A DNA stretch of 64,000 nucleotides, taken from contig NC_087245.1 of the NCBI RefSeq assembly GCF_037042905.1, positions 22,322,001-22,386,000 of the forward strand, read 5' to 3'. The translations under genes were made by a program, and so were the position numbers. Positions within the stretch are counted from its first letter, which is position 1. The number at the start of each line of letters is the position of its first letter. Of the stretch, positions 1 to 13,700 are shown in pieces. Under the pieces are notes generated by a model. It did no database searches. It worked only from the letters and a program-made list of their open reading frames with translations, and was not told the origin of the DNA. This stretch comes from Lytechinus pictus. Its lineage: Eukaryota.

Positions 1-3000
1 GCAGAGTATAGGTCTATACAATTATACGAGCTATATGTTGCATTCACGTGGTGTGTTGATGAGTTTCACAGAAACAACTAAGCATTAGTAAAGACAGTTG
101 AGCGTAGCAGGAAAACGGTTGAGAGACCCGTGTGAAAGCTCTCTGAGTCCACAAACCAAAATTTCATCATTCTTTCTTTCCTTCCTTGTAGACACAAAAG
201 GAGTGAGTGGACAGACACTGTAAGAATGAATCCTGAATATGACAAGAATTATCTCATTGAGATGATTGGATTGAAGGATACAGCTTTGTTAGATCCCTTC
301 CCATCCAATGAGGTGATTTCACACCCACCCAATCATGAAAAAATACCTGGTATTTTCTGATTGAGAACTCCACCCATTTCACCAATTACCGGGTATTTTG
401 CCAGTGTGGCAAGAAAGTACTCCCATAGAAGAAAGATAACAGCAAATTTGTAAGTACTTTTCAAAATTATGAGAACTTTCGCAGTGATCTCTCCAAATGA
501 GCAAAATCACAGTGATATTCCAGTGTGAAGGTAAACAATGAGATCTTTTATGCAAGACAAAGTGAATATGTGCATTAATTGTACAGGAATGTGAGAGTCT
601 TGATGTGGGTTTTTATACCTGAGAGAACTTCATCAGTAATTATTTCATGCCCAAACAATTTTTTTATAAATTTATGTTGTTGTTGTTTTTTTGCAAATAT
701 GGCAGGTGTGAACATACTAAGGTCCACTCATTCATCAAAGGTCGTCTCATCTAACACTTTCATTTTCTGATAGTACACTGGTTTACTTTTCACGCTTTCT
801 TTTGTCACGTACCTCCTTTTGTTAACTCCACATTATCCTATTAATCCTACACTATCTATTTTGCTTTTCACTCTTACTATTCTTGGCCCTGGACAATCTC
901 CTGCAACAGGTTTGCTTCTACTGCAATGGGTGTGTTAACCCTGTTTTTAGAAGGGTCAGACAGTCTCACACCTCATTTGTAGGATCAAATATTTCTCAAG
1001 ATATCCATATAGACAAGCCTACTATATCTTTCTATGATGAACTGTTCAGGTTACCGTTCTTAGAGGCTACCAATTTATTATCAATAACCCGAGAGATTAA
1101 ACAGGACATAACAGCACATGCTGGGAAAATCCTCACAATCACATACATTCTCATTTTCATATTCAATCAGGGTATTCAGTTGTGAAAAAAACTGAGAGCA
1201 ATTGAATTTTTTTAAAATATTTCAAAAAAAAGTCATATTATGTTTAAAGCAATTAGTTGAATAACTAATAAATCTAAAAATCTGAGAAGTGTAAATGCCC
1301 CTTTAGCCTCATACTTTCATCGCAAATCCAAAAAAGGGAAATTTTCTCATTGTCTCTGACACCCTTAGTATTTTTTCTTTGTCACGCTGATCCTTCCTCA
1401 AGTTCTTATATGGCTATCTGGAGACTCTCGTTTGGGTTCATTTCTAAAATCAGTTATTACCCCATGGCAACGGCAGAGATAGGACAGTGAACCTGGGGTA
1501 TGTTCCAGCTCTGTTTTAATTTTGATTTGTGGTAAAGGAATAAGCTATAAAACTATGAGACTGGGGAACTTGTCAGCTTACGGTAGGCAATTTGTGTACT
1601 GAATGTGTGATATTGACTACAGGGAAGAGGGGCAGTGCTTCATGTACGGTAGAAATAATTTATTTCTTTCCCCAAAAAGGTATTTTTTCATAAGTGAGGC
1701 AAAAAAAGGAAGTTGCAAAGGGAAAGAAAATATACGGAAACACATGGGAAGTTTAAGAGAAATAGTGTAAGCACAGTTATGGAGGGATAATTTGTTAATA
1801 TGGAAAAGATGAAGAAAAAAAAAGAAAATACAAGTAGAAAAATTCAATCAGCAAAGAAGATCAAGGGTTTGCAGCTTATCCTATAATAACAAAAATCTAT
1901 GTCATTCCTTAGATTTTGACGAAAAACAATTTTCAGATGAATTATTTAAATGGAAATACCCATATATTAACAAACTACATGAACAAATACTATAAAAAGG
2001 GACGTGAGTCCTTTTAAACACCTTTCAAAAGGATTCCAAAGATTCTTAACATTAATCTCAAGAAAGAAAACAACTTCTTGAAGCTAGACTTTCCAGCTAC
2101 ATGGACTTGAAATAAATGAAAAGACAATTTTTGCAGCAAAAATAAATCACAATCCATTTCAAGTAAAGCAAGCAGAGAGGAAAAAAGAGAATCCAAGCCC
2201 AACACCATCATCTGGGCTTCTGATCCAATATCTATGTATGCATCTTTGGAGGAAACCCCTAGAAATATTATATTTGAGTTTGTATTTCTGAAAATTTATC
2301 TTTGGGCTTTCTCTGCACTTTTGTGTAATTACATTCAGGGCATCATTACTCATTGTACATACATCTGTTATGAATGTTGAGCGGCGATGAGTGCAGGGCT
2401 GAGAAAGACAGATAAAGTATAACACATTCGAAGCACATGGGAATTGTGCTTCATGATCTCAAGAGATAAACATGAAATGTGCATTTTATTTTGTAAAGAG
2501 TATCTTTAAGGATGCCGATCAAGGTCACCAAAAAAGTATAAAAAGAAAAGATAGTCATTTTAATCAACCATTTCTCTATTTATCCCCCCCCCCCCATCGG
2601 TTTATGCCTCTTTGAATAATCCCTTTTCTCTCCCTTTCTTTTTATTTCTATCTCTTGAAACATTACTATTATTATCAGTCCTCTATTCACTTCTCTCTAA
2701 GTAATAGTATATTTCATCCCAAAAAGAACAACCCTACCCCCTCTCTTTCTCTCTCTCAATGTGCCCCAACTCCAGAGCAATATCAATATTGCATTATTTT
2801 TGCAATATGCCATTGTTAACCAAAAAAGAAGAAAAGACGATATATTAAACATTTTAACCAAATTGGCGACAGAGCATACATTCAAAATTGAAAAACAAAA
2901 ATTTGATTGAATTTGAAGTTGGTATTATTTGCCTGTCAAAAAGTATTCAATCAAATTTTTTGTGCTCCATATCATTTTGACACAGTATGTATAAGGTGAT

Positions 3001-3759
3001 TGTACACGCCCTTTTAAACCCCTTTTTTCTTATTCTATCTTCACTTCTCATTTTTTCCTCATCAACAATATTCAACTTCGCTCAAATTAGATTTGATAGG
3101 TATAATACGAATTATGTACACCATTTATTTCTTGTATACCCTGAATTACATGAATTTGAAGTATCACAATAAACAAAACACAAAACCAAAATGAAGGCTT
3201 TAATCCATATTGAAGATGGCAGAAATCCCTCATACAAGCTTTATTCGAGGAAGCCATCAATCAGAGATTTCATGAAGAGAAATACAGGGGATTAGAGATT
3301 AGAGATTTTGCAACATAAAAGACCAAAATGCTGTGAATTGAGCCAATATCCCCCAACGATTCCTTCAATTAATATGAAACATGCCACCCTTCCATTCTCT
3401 TCAGTTATGTATTGAAGATTCTCAGAGAAACTGAAAATTAAAATGAGATCATAGGGTGAGGAAAAGAGATAGCTTGAGCCAGAAAGAAAGTCAAAACTAT
3501 AGTGTCTAGCCTTTCAGGAAACCAGAGTTCAAGAAGACGGGAGAGATTGTGAAGACTTCTGTTCGAGGCCCAATCCTGTTTCAAACTTTTTAGAGGTCAT
3601 TAAACTGTTATATAGTTTTTTCTGCAATCATTAAATTAATTATTTCTAGTTCAACTGTATTGAAGAAAAAAAAGAAAATCAATCCATATTTTAATGTTCA
3701 TATTAGAATCTGAATACAGAAATACTCCTAAATATTCATTTTGCCCAATTGATTATGGG

Positions 3760-3942
3760 ACCGGCAGCCACTGTCCAGCTCCAGATCAATGTAGCTCTCT
3801 CCCTTTAATCGTTTAACGCCAAACAGGGTAGCAGCAACTCCCATCTTTTAACATCTTTTGGTCTGATGCGGCAGCAGAAGCTTGAACTCCCAACCTCCCA
3901 ATTGTGAGACGGGCACTTTACTAACAGAGCTAACACACCGGC
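3760..3942 (-). mobile_element. tRNA-derived SINE (core resembles MetaSINE-type domain)
   Basis: Reverse complement starts GCCGGTGTGTTAGCTCTGTTAGTAAAG (A-box-like) ... GGGAGTTCAAGC (B-box-like), followed by CAGACCAAAAGATGTTAAAAGATGGGAGTTGCTGCTACCCTG. Confidence 0.75.
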
Positions 3943-5955
3943 TTTTTATATATTTAGAAATAACCCGATATTTCTATGATCTAATTGCTCTTGTTCTTCA
4001 ATAAAAACATCAAGGTGATCCAATGTAGTGTCAAAATTCATTCATGGAGCCATTGAGACTGATTTTTCTTCAATTTATCAATTCACATATCATCAACTAC
4101 TTCGATGAAAGTGACAAAATAAAAGGAAAGAGAAAAAGCAACATACAGAGACAGACTAGTCCGATGGGGAAAGTCACAATCGTGTTCTGATGGCACTTGC
4201 GAGAATGCCATCATTTTTTTTAAGAACAGGAATACTATCTTCCGCTTGACCCACTTAAAATCAATTCATAATATAAATTTGATTAGATGGTGGTTCAGTC
4301 GGCTATGATTTGCCTGGATACGTGTCCGCTAGTCAGCGGGAGCTTGGAAGGTATTCAACTCTTGAGGAAGAATTGAGTTATTAGATGGAGGAAGAGAGAG
4401 AGAAATTGGGCATCAGGGATTTCAATAGAGTCTGGGAAATGAGTAAAAGGGAAATGGAAAAGAAAAACTAAGCAGAAGACTGGGAGAAAAGAACTCAGAA
4501 AGGTGCAAGAATGAAACTAAATACAGCACTATGCATGACAAAAAAATTATATGCTTATTTTGATCAAAACAATGCCTATGAAAATGAAGTCATTAAAAAA
4601 ATTAAAAGAAGAACAAAAAAATGACAGAATTAATGAAAATGGTTTAATCTAATAATATTATCTTCATTGGTGAACAGATATGAATTAGAATAAACCAAGC
4701 AGAAGCTCTTCATAATCATGCAAAGTGGGAGGGGATATTGCCTCGTGCTGTAGTTTATAGATTTAAAAAAAAATATGATATTATGAGACAAAATTAAGAA
4801 TGATTTAATATGAACCTATAATGTTTGATTGTGGCAAAATCAATTCTTTTGAAATGACTACAACTTATGAAGACACCTCACTCTAACCCATCATAAAAAT
4901 TGTCCTTTTCTATAAACTGACCACAGAAGAAGATGAGGATCTATCTCTCTCACTTTTCTGACCACATCCAGGGGGGGGGGAAACAGTCCCTGAGCCAACT
5001 CAACACATCAATGATCAAGAAAAATATTATTGACAGAGATTGGATCATTAATTTAGGATAATTCCCTCCAAGCATCTCTCTGGTAAGATTAAAGCTCGCA
5101 AAATGATTTGAGACGTTAAAATGAAATGCATAACTGGGATCATGCAAAATTATAAACCATAAGTTTTTTTCTTTGTAAAAGTTAACACAACAAAAAGAAC
5201 CACATTGAAGTAAAAAGACACACAAAAAAGGGAAACAATGTTTACATTAAAAAAAATTCCAAAATAACAAAACAAAAAGCTTTGTAAAAGAAAACTAGAA
5301 AGAACAATATAGGAGTAAAAATAAACAAAATGTTTGATATAAACTTGAATCTAATGTAATTCATATAATATAATGATATCATGAGCCATTTAAAAGTATT
5401 TTTTAAATTATTTTTGTCAAAATCCTTTTAGTTTTCAAACACTGTCAAGTACATTTTGTTTAAGGCAATCAAGAACCTGAATAGGTGAGATGTAATCAGG
5501 AAATTATGGAAATATGTCAAAATGAGAGCCAAACAAGATATGATGCAAGTTCGGAGTGATAACTTTAATCGGAGTGATAACTTTAAACAAATTTCTTGGC
5601 ATTTGTTTTATCATGGGTATGATGATAGATATCAAGCCTTCACACCTTAATCTAATTAAGCTAAAATGCAATAAAACCTCACCTGTTTGATCAATCACAG
5701 AGAATGATAGCTTTTAGGGGTCATTCCAACGCAAAATTAAGGTTTGGCATAGAAGGTCCTTAACCTCTTTCATAAGCGGGTGTTTTTGCATGTTGCCAAT
5801 TTTAATTTATCTTGCATCTGAATACTTCCTTTCTGTAATTGTTTTCGTGTCATCAACGTAAGCTTCCACTATTTGTATAGCATGAAGTCTAAATACTCCG
5901 CAAAATATTTTCAAACAATTGAATAAAAATTAACTCATTTTAGTAATTCAAATCA

Positions 5956-6056
5956 ACTACTACTGATACGGCTGCTGCTGCTACTACTACTACTACTTAA
6001 AGCAGCAGCAGCACTAGTGGTCGCCGTAGTAGTAGTAGTAGTAGTGATAGTAGTAG
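5956..6056. repeat. Compound microsatellite (TAC)n/(GCT)n ... (AGC)n/(GTA)n in inverted arrangement
   Basis: Read directly from the sequence. Confidence 0.85.
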
Positions 6057-6450
6057 GATCAAGGAATTAAGAGCAGTGATAGATGAAGCAACAAAGGAGC
6101 AGGTACAAAACAGAAGCAGGAAAGGAAAATTATTTTCCACTTTCTATGAAATACAATTAAGCTTGAAGCACCAAAGTTTACAACCCATGAAACCATGGCA
6201 ACCAAGTTACAGTAACATTTTAAACACATGGTTTCTTGTTTACTATGTGTTGCCTCCGCTATGTACTAATCTCATTAATGAAAATCAGAGTTTGGTCAGG
6301 TGCCAATCGCCAACCCACTATCCTACAAACCACCAGGTACTATGTTACTATGGCAACATGTTGACACAAACGGTATCAGAGGTAACCCAGTGTTTCCGTG
6401 CAGGTAGGCACTGGTGACCAGGCTCGGAAAGCTTTGGAGAGAGCGAGTTT

Positions 6451-6595
6451 CCTGGAGAGCATTTCATGAAGAGTTTTGACAGTGATATTCATTGACTTAT
6501 TTGCTCTCAGCCAATCAGATACAAGGATTTCTAGTAGCTTATAATATCTGTGAGTGAAAATCACTTACAGAAGTCACCATGAAACGCTCCCCAGG
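6451..6595. mobile_element. Short MITE with central CCAATCAG
   Basis: Ends CCTGGAGAGCATTTCATG / CATGAAACGCTCCCCAGG are inverted. A related copy in the opposite orientation lies at 46763-46904. Confidence 0.7.
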
Positions 6596-6766
6596 TTGAC
6601 TAGATGGTGCATGATGCACTAATGAAGAAGGAATCAACGGCGAGAATGAACAAGTACAAGGTCTCGTTTGTAAACAAATGCATGACGATATCAGCATGAC
6701 ATTTAGAAGAGTCTCTGGTCCATCTATAGACATTGATCTTGAAACTCTTAATACGTCATTCACTTA

Positions 6767-7125
6767 TACCCCATTCATAAACCCAATTTGTTCGTAAAAT
6801 CGGAGCGGGACCAGAGTTATCCACATTATTTCGATGTTGCAATTATCCGCATAATAGCGGCATCGGGGCCAGATTTTGACTTTATGATCGCATTTCCAAA
6901 GTAATGCGGATAATTGCCATGGTGCGGTCACAAGGTCACCCTTTTCCAACACAACCCCATCGGAGGGGGTGTGTGCAGTTGCCATGACAATTATCCGCCT
7001 TTTTCAGGTCGGGCACTCGTAAAAAATAGTGCGGATTATTTTCGGAGTTTGTGAATGCAATTTTTATTGAATTATCCGCATTACTCTTAGGCGGATAATT
7101 GGAGGATGGGTTTATGAAAGGGGTA
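6767..7125. mobile_element. PIF/Harbinger-like MITE (359 bp)
   Basis: 19-bp TIR TACCCC[A/T]TTCATAAACCCA, TTA on both sides (6764-6766, 7126-7128), and internal ATTATCCGC/GCGGATAAT repeats. Confidence 0.85.
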
Positions 7126-7776
7126 TTAATTGCAGAAGTCTTTTTTTCCAAAACAAAAACATGATCAAGACGCTGTTTTACACAGATCATGACAGCACAT
7201 AGGTTGCCAGTCGATTGTAATATGGCCAATAGGATTCATTATTGAATGTGTATATTGTTCAAATGACTGACCAGTAATCCAATCAGTTATATTTTTTTCA
7301 TATAAAGCATGCAATTGAATGCCAACTTTTATGTGACTGGTTTCTGGAATAAACAGTTTGGGGATTTTCAAATTATATTTTTATTCAAATATGATTTTTT
7401 ATCCATTTTCATAAGATCTTTTCCTAAAAACAACTTTTCTGCTTGAAAAAAAAATCAATCATGCTATGTTCCCACTGCTAAATCAGTGATCTAAATCATG
7501 CCCTATCAAGTTATTTGAGAGCTTGGTTGGTCTAGCTTGGCAAGATAATGGGTGACGGGTGTCAATCTACCACAGTCGGCATTGTCTACCTTGATCATCG
7601 CTGTGTTTACATTCACATTTATTTTGAACATGTCAAGAATATTTGAATATCCAGCCAGATCATTTTCAATCACCCCGATCAGCATATTGACGCCAATTAC
7701 CATGCTTAGCAAGTCCATCCAGGCAAATATTGGCTTGATCAACCCTGATTGATCTGACAGCAATAGAAACTTGTCA

Positions 7777-7965
7777 CCGGGGAGCCGTTTTATAAAGCTG
7801 TTCATAAGTTAAGAGCGACTTTAAGAACGACTGGTGAACCTTTCTTACGCGCTAAACCATCGCCAATGAACATTTTGGTGCTCACCATTTACCACAAGAA
7901 AGGATCACCAGTCGTTCTTAAAGTCGCTCTTAACTTACGAACAGCTTTATGAAACACCCACCAGG
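7777..7965. mobile_element. Palindromic MITE with ~65-bp inverted arms
   Basis: ATAAAGCTGTTCATAAGTTAAGAGCGACTTTAAGAACGACTGGTGA ... TCACCAGTCGTTCTTAAAGTCGCTCTTAACTTACGAACAGCTTTAT. Confidence 0.85.
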
Positions 7966-8139
7966 GCTTAAAAAACCAAAAAAAATTGGATGCCCTATTT
8001 ATTGGCGTCACTGCCCACTTTATTGAACTTGGATATTCTTGTGCCCCTTTGAACTTGTCCTTAAATTGAAAGAAGTCTGAAAAAAGTGACTTTGCCCTAA
8101 ACGTATCAAAAGTTAGGGCTTTCAGAGTGTCGTTTTTAC

Positions 8140-8239
8140 CTTTCATGATCAACACCAAGATCCGTGTAGATGCTGAGGAACATCCCTCCAAGAACGTAAC
8201 CAAAGGCAGGCCCAAGTAATGATGCTCCATTGAAGATTC
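8140..8239 (-). CDS. SLCO4A1-like: Second coding exon of the same SLCO4-like gene
   Basis: Acceptor tctctctttatttgtatgttccccaatatAG, then 100 nt reading (G)IFNGASLLGPAFGYVLGGMFLSIYTDLGVDHE, then AG|GTAAAA. The phase-1 start joins the previous exon, and the peptide is the conserved OATP helix (GPAxGYxLGG) that follows DENV...SLYIG. It is in a different frame from the ORF-track entry 7889-8230. Confidence 0.93.
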
Positions 8240-8330
8240 CTATATTGGGGAACATACAAATAAAGAGAGATTATCTTTATTTATAGACATCTATGATAAT
8301 GCTATTTTGGCTGTTATATCGAAATAAGTA

Positions 8331-8491
8331 TGGGACCCGTTGCATATACATGTAAAGTTACTATTATGGTAACTTTGCCATCCAGCCATCCATGGTAACG
8401 ATGATCAACAGACAATGAAAATCAAGGATTGCATGAATACCATTGGATGGCAGAGTTTACCACAATGGTAACTTTTATGCAATCGGGCCCA
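8331..8491. mobile_element. Short MITE
   Basis: TGGGACCCGTTGCATA ... TATGCAATCGGGCCCA, with inner inverted TTTGCCATCCA/TGGATGGCAGA. Similar fragment near 52603-52703. Confidence 0.7.
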
Positions 8492-11400
8492 AAAATTGTC
8501 GTCTAAAGAGTTGAATGGGACGTACGTGTACTGAATGGTTGCCAATCCTGATACAAGTTGGAAGTTTTGCTTGACTTGTATCAAGACTAGCATCCCCTTT
8601 ATATAACACAAGAAAATAATGAAATGAAAATATGATTTTTTTAAAAGAAAATCAGATAATTCATCCCATCATCTGCAAAGGCCTTGGAACAAGAATCTTT
8701 CAACCAGACAGTCACCTACTGTAGTCACTCATAATATTGCATGTACTACCATATGATGTATTTAGGTAAATATGGTAGTGTCTAATTATGATAAATATTT
8801 GAAGGGAAAAAAGACCCAACAAAAGGTGTTCAAATTGCAATAAAATTGCTGACAAATTGGACATTGCGTTATTGAAATATGAATTATTGTTTGTTTTCAA
8901 TACTCTCTACAAGAAAACTGTCAACTCACACTTTAAAAAAGCCACTGAACAAACAACCAATAATGAATGGATGCAATGAAAGGAGAATCCATTGTAAATG
9001 TCCTTGTGGGTCTTTAGTGCATTAAATCAAGCAGATCAAAGTTTCATTCAAGTTTTGTTTGTATATAAATAACAGGGTATCCTTTTAGATCTGTTGCAGA
9101 CAATACATCTTTGGTTAGCCTCTGTTTGAGTGAAAACTTCCATGAAACCCAACCTTAGTTCTACCTCTGTTTTCACAACTATGCATTGTTTGAGGTATGA
9201 TAGGAGGGCGTGCCCACTAACAGCCGAACTCGAGATATTAGACAGACATGAATATATTGGCGACAGTTCTGAAGAAGCATTTGGTCTATTGTTTCCAACC
9301 GCAGTTTTACTTACGTCTCTTGAACAAGGACTAATTGTGGCAAAAGTTATGTAAACATAGGTTAAACTTAAGTTATGCTTAGATGGTGAATTTACTGGGA
9401 CAAAAGAATACCTCACAGCGAATCATTTAAATACCGTACAATGACATTCTTAAATTTTTTGCAAAGTTCCCCTAAAATTACCTGCCACTTTTCCGGTACA
9501 TTATTACAAATTTACAATATATGAAATTGTATTTCTGAAAGCTGTTTATATGGTGTGGATAATATGAAAAGAAAATGTGTATTAGTGGATGCTTTATGTA
9601 ATTTTCACAGGACCCAACCAAAACAAAGTAACTGTATTAAAAAAATAATCACAATACAGAAAAAAAAAAGATAATACCTATATAAAATACTTTGCAAGCA
9701 CAGATTGGACTATAAATTTTAGGAAATCATCTTTATTTGCATTTTTTTATATATCACAAACCTTGTTTGATAAAGATAAGTGCTCAGAGTCCTCTTAATA
9801 GAAAAAAAATACTAGCCACAGAGTCAGATATTGGAAGGGGGCATAAGTGCTTGCCTCCTAGGGCTGTTTTACCTAGATACGCCACTGTGTGTAGGTGGAA
9901 TGATCTGCCCATGGAATGAAAGGGGATTAAAAACAATATGTTCGGAGGCAGTCATGAATAAACTGAATAACAACATTCCTTCATGTGGTGAATGTCTTCA
10001 TCACTGGCCCAGAAAGTTGACAAGGAGAATACATATTTACTTGTCGAGTGCTAGAAGATCAAATATCCAGATCAAATATCCAGCATTGCCTTCATATGAT
10101 TCCACCAAAAACAGCTCTAATATCAACTCTCTAAAGTTTGCTAGACAAACATCAATCATTCATTTGTTAGCTTTGAATTACAGCTTGAAAATGATCCGTG
10201 TCAAAGGGTAGGCCCTATTTCTTGCAATGCTCTATTTACAAAGTTTGAAAAACGATTTGTCTGTTGTGTGATATATAGCTGCCCCACCTCCAATAAGGGC
10301 ATGCCATAGGTCTAATGCATTTCTAATGACTATACAGGTTTGGGGGATTTATTGGCAAAAAGCAATTCAGTACACATGACCAAGAATTGATTGGCAATTA
10401 AAAATAATCAAAGAAAGAGAGAAACATTGAAGGTTGTTTGGAGTTACAGATGCCACTATTATCTACATGCATAACAATAAAAATATAAATAATAAAGAGG
10501 ATAAAAATAATAATGTGCTTTTATATTGTGCTTTCTATCTAGATATAATCTATAGTAAGGCGCAAGGATTAATTAAGATTTTTTTCAGTAAATAGACGCC
10601 CAGACAAATCTTAACAAAAAATTAGTATGGCATAACAAAAAAAAAAGCAAAATTCTTCATGGACTATACATGTATCTCAATAGTTTCATTGTAATATTCA
10701 TTTAAACATGTTCAAGGTAAAATGATGGACTTCAGTCAGTGCTCCACCATGACATAAATATCTTATCATCTCACAAGAAAAAAAAAACCAGAGCTAATGT
10801 TCAGGAGGTGTTGAAGGAATGGGGAACAGAGCTTGAATTCATGTTTCAACTTGCAAATACATTCTTGCTGAATGATTTAATGGAACATGACGTTATCCTG
10901 AATAACAACATTGCTATGTATCTGTACAGCATTTAGAGATGTGTCGTTCTGATGTAATAAGCACTATATAAAGAGAGATAGCATTATCATTATCCTACTA
11001 GGTGTAACTAGGATGTGGCAAAATTAATTCTAGATCCCACAAACCTAATATGGATTTCATATTAGATTAGTTAATAAAATACGTGAGGTAGCCAACAAAA
11101 AAACATTTGAACTTGCGGAGAGAGACAGGTTTTTCATTCCACTTTAAAATCCTCAACCCCCTGCCCCCAACTTATCCCACTAAAATTGTTACCTCATCTC
11201 ACAAAAGTGCCACCATCCCCTTATGTAGACCCAGATACTGCCATAATCTTTTGGCATTTAAATATGAAAATATGCAACCTTGATCAAAGATGTTCGTGAT
11301 TTTACGTAATTACAGGAAGGGTGTAAACATTTGGCCTGGTTTGAAAGAAAAAAATGTTGAGATATCAAGTTTTGCAGGAGGAAATGTCACATTTTTGTAA

Positions 11401-11889
11401 ATTGGAAAGAATCTCTTTTTTGATAAGTTTCTGTCAGGCCTTGAGCACAGATCGACTTCGTAGAACCTTAAATGTCATTCCAATGTGACATGTAAATGTA
11501 TGTATTTAAAGTGCGCATGAGTTAATCTTTTATTTTTTGATTGATAGTGTTACAAATCAGACTGTTAGCTTACATTTTACTGCAGTTTCTCAAGTTCATG
11601 AATAAATAATTACAAAATTTAGAGATTTCAATATAAGGAAAAATACATATGTATTTATGTTCAATTCATCTCACACAAATTAATTCACAGTACATTTTCC
11701 AATTTTATCATGCTATACAGTAAGTGGACATTTAATGTGGTAAAACAAATCTTTCCAATATTTTAATATGTTGAAAATTCAATAGCAATGCTTGAGAAAA
11801 TAATTTGAATTTTTTCATGACTTCGAGTTATTCTAGGCTCTAATAAATACTGTACTTTAAAGGAACTTCTTGGTTTCCTATAACTTTTC

Positions 11890-12170
11890 AGCAGCCCAAG
11901 TTGCTTGAGTACGGAATGTGACCTTGATCTACAGAGAATCGCTTCGATTCAGGCTAGCAGAGATGATACACCATGAATGAATTATTCTGAGCCACTAGAG
12001 CTCTTTCACTGGCAAATTTCGTGGATAATTCACCAAATAGCACGCTTCATAAAGTCTGAAGTTGACTAAGGATTATAAACATACAAAATAGCCAGCTAAT
12101 TTGCATCTTCATTACAAATCATCCTGGCATTGTTCTGATCGGGATAACTTGTCAGATCCGAAATAGCGGG
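11890..12170. mobile_element. Older degenerate copy of the 12553-12953 element, opposite orientation
   Basis: 12098-12166 (taatttgcatcttcattacaaatc...ttgttctgatcgggataacttgtcagatccgaaatag) is the diverged reverse complement of about 12590-12660. Confidence 0.65.
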
Positions 12171-12552
12171 AGGGAAGGGCCAATCGTGCTGGAGTATGAA
12201 AAAATAAGTTGTGAGCATTGTCTTCATGGAGTAAAGTCAAGGTAATCAGCTAAAGAACAGTTACAGATCATTTCCGTCATATGTAGGGGTGGACATGACT
12301 GTCCATCAGAGTACAGGCTCATCCCTGTCAGAGGACTGATCATCCATGCCTAGCCTTGGTCTGGCATCCCCACTGTGTTATCATGGTCAAACCCTGTCAC
12401 AGAGGGTGATATGGGGAAGCAATCAATGTCAGAACGAACCATTGCAGTCAATGAATCATTCATCTATATTATCATGCTGATGGGCCATGATGAATATGAT
12501 AAAAAATTATAATCATAATGACGATGATAATGGTGCATAACACAGCAAAAGG

Positions 12553-12953
12553 GGCCGTCTGCACCAGCCTGAGTTTTCATATTAGCATTTTATTTCTGAT
12601 CCGGCAAATTATCCCGATCTGAACAATATCTCAAGATTATTTGTAATGGAGACGCAATTATCGCGCAAGTTCGCTGGATTAATCTCGAGATTGCAATCCC
12701 AAGTCAACTTGGGATTTTTTTGCAAAATAGCACACTATTTACGAATTATCCCGCTAATTCACAGGCATGCACAGACGCATTCGGGGTTATTTATTCATGA
12801 CCATAATGCATCAATGCCTCGCTCGAGCAGGAATCGCTCTTCTTGGGATGGTGGAGACGGGGTTTCTCGAATTTCGAGATTGATTAATCGCGAAGAGGGC
12901 CGATCAGGCTAAAATCTTGAGATTGAGCAAACTCGGGCTGGTGCAGCACTGCC
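12553..12953. mobile_element. Non-autonomous TIR element (~400 bp)
   Basis: CTGCACCAGCCTGAGTTT at left and AAACTCGGGCTGGTGCAG at right. Internal AATCTCGAGATT-type palindromes. Confidence 0.8.
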
Positions 12954-13299
12954 TAAAGAGACTTTATGTACATATATAAAAACAACAAAGTACAAATATC
13001 ATATGCATATTCATTCACCAGTCCGGCAAAAATACCGACTGCCATACAAACCACACAAAAAGAGGTCTGGAGAACTTTTTTCTCATGGCCAGTTCGTGTC
13101 AAAGATGACCATTTCGAGAAGCAATCAATGTCAACTCCGACTGTGAATCCAATCTGTCAAATAAACTGTCCACAAATCATCTGGATGGTCATGACCAACA
13201 AATACCAGTATCAAGTACAACCATCTTCTTTCATGATACTCCTGAAGCTTCTTCATGAGACTTCTTACCATTCATTCCATTTATTCTCTAATCCTGTTC

Positions 13300-13700
13300 T
13301 TGTTCCTCTGTATCCTCTCATCCTCCTCTTCCTTCCCCTTCTGTTCTTCTTCCTCCTCATCATCATCACCTCTCACCTTTCATCTACTCCTCTTCTTTAT
13401 CCTCATAATCTACCTCCTCCTCCTCGCTCCTCCTCTTGCTCCTCCCTCTCCTCTTAATATTACTCTCACTCTTCTTCCTCCTAATCATCCCCCCTCCACA
13501 TCTTCCATCTACCCCCCCCCCCCCCTCTTCTTTATCCTCATAATATTCCTCTTCCTTTTTCTTCTCTTTCTCCTCCCCCTTGCTCCTCTTCTTGCTTCCC
13601 CTTCTCCTCTTTATCTTCCTCTCCATATCTTCCCCAACACATCTTCTTCTTCCTCCTCATCTTCCTTCTACTCCACTTCCTACATGTACTCCTTCTTCCC
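13300..13700. repeat. Polypyrimidine low-complexity tract (CTT/CCT)n
   Basis: About 400 bp almost free of G on the plus strand, with an internal duplication around ttctttatcctcataat. Confidence 0.9.

Noticed and set aside
1..8139. Next SLCO exon (expected W-x-G-A-W-W motif)
   Set aside because: The CCACCA sites I found (6330, 7959) do not translate to the motif with splice sites. The exon probably lies left of the window, though I may have missed a divergent one.
7889..8230. 113-aa minus-strand ORF overlapping the SLCO exon
   Set aside because: Wrong frame and runs into a MITE. The real exon is 8239-8140 in another frame.
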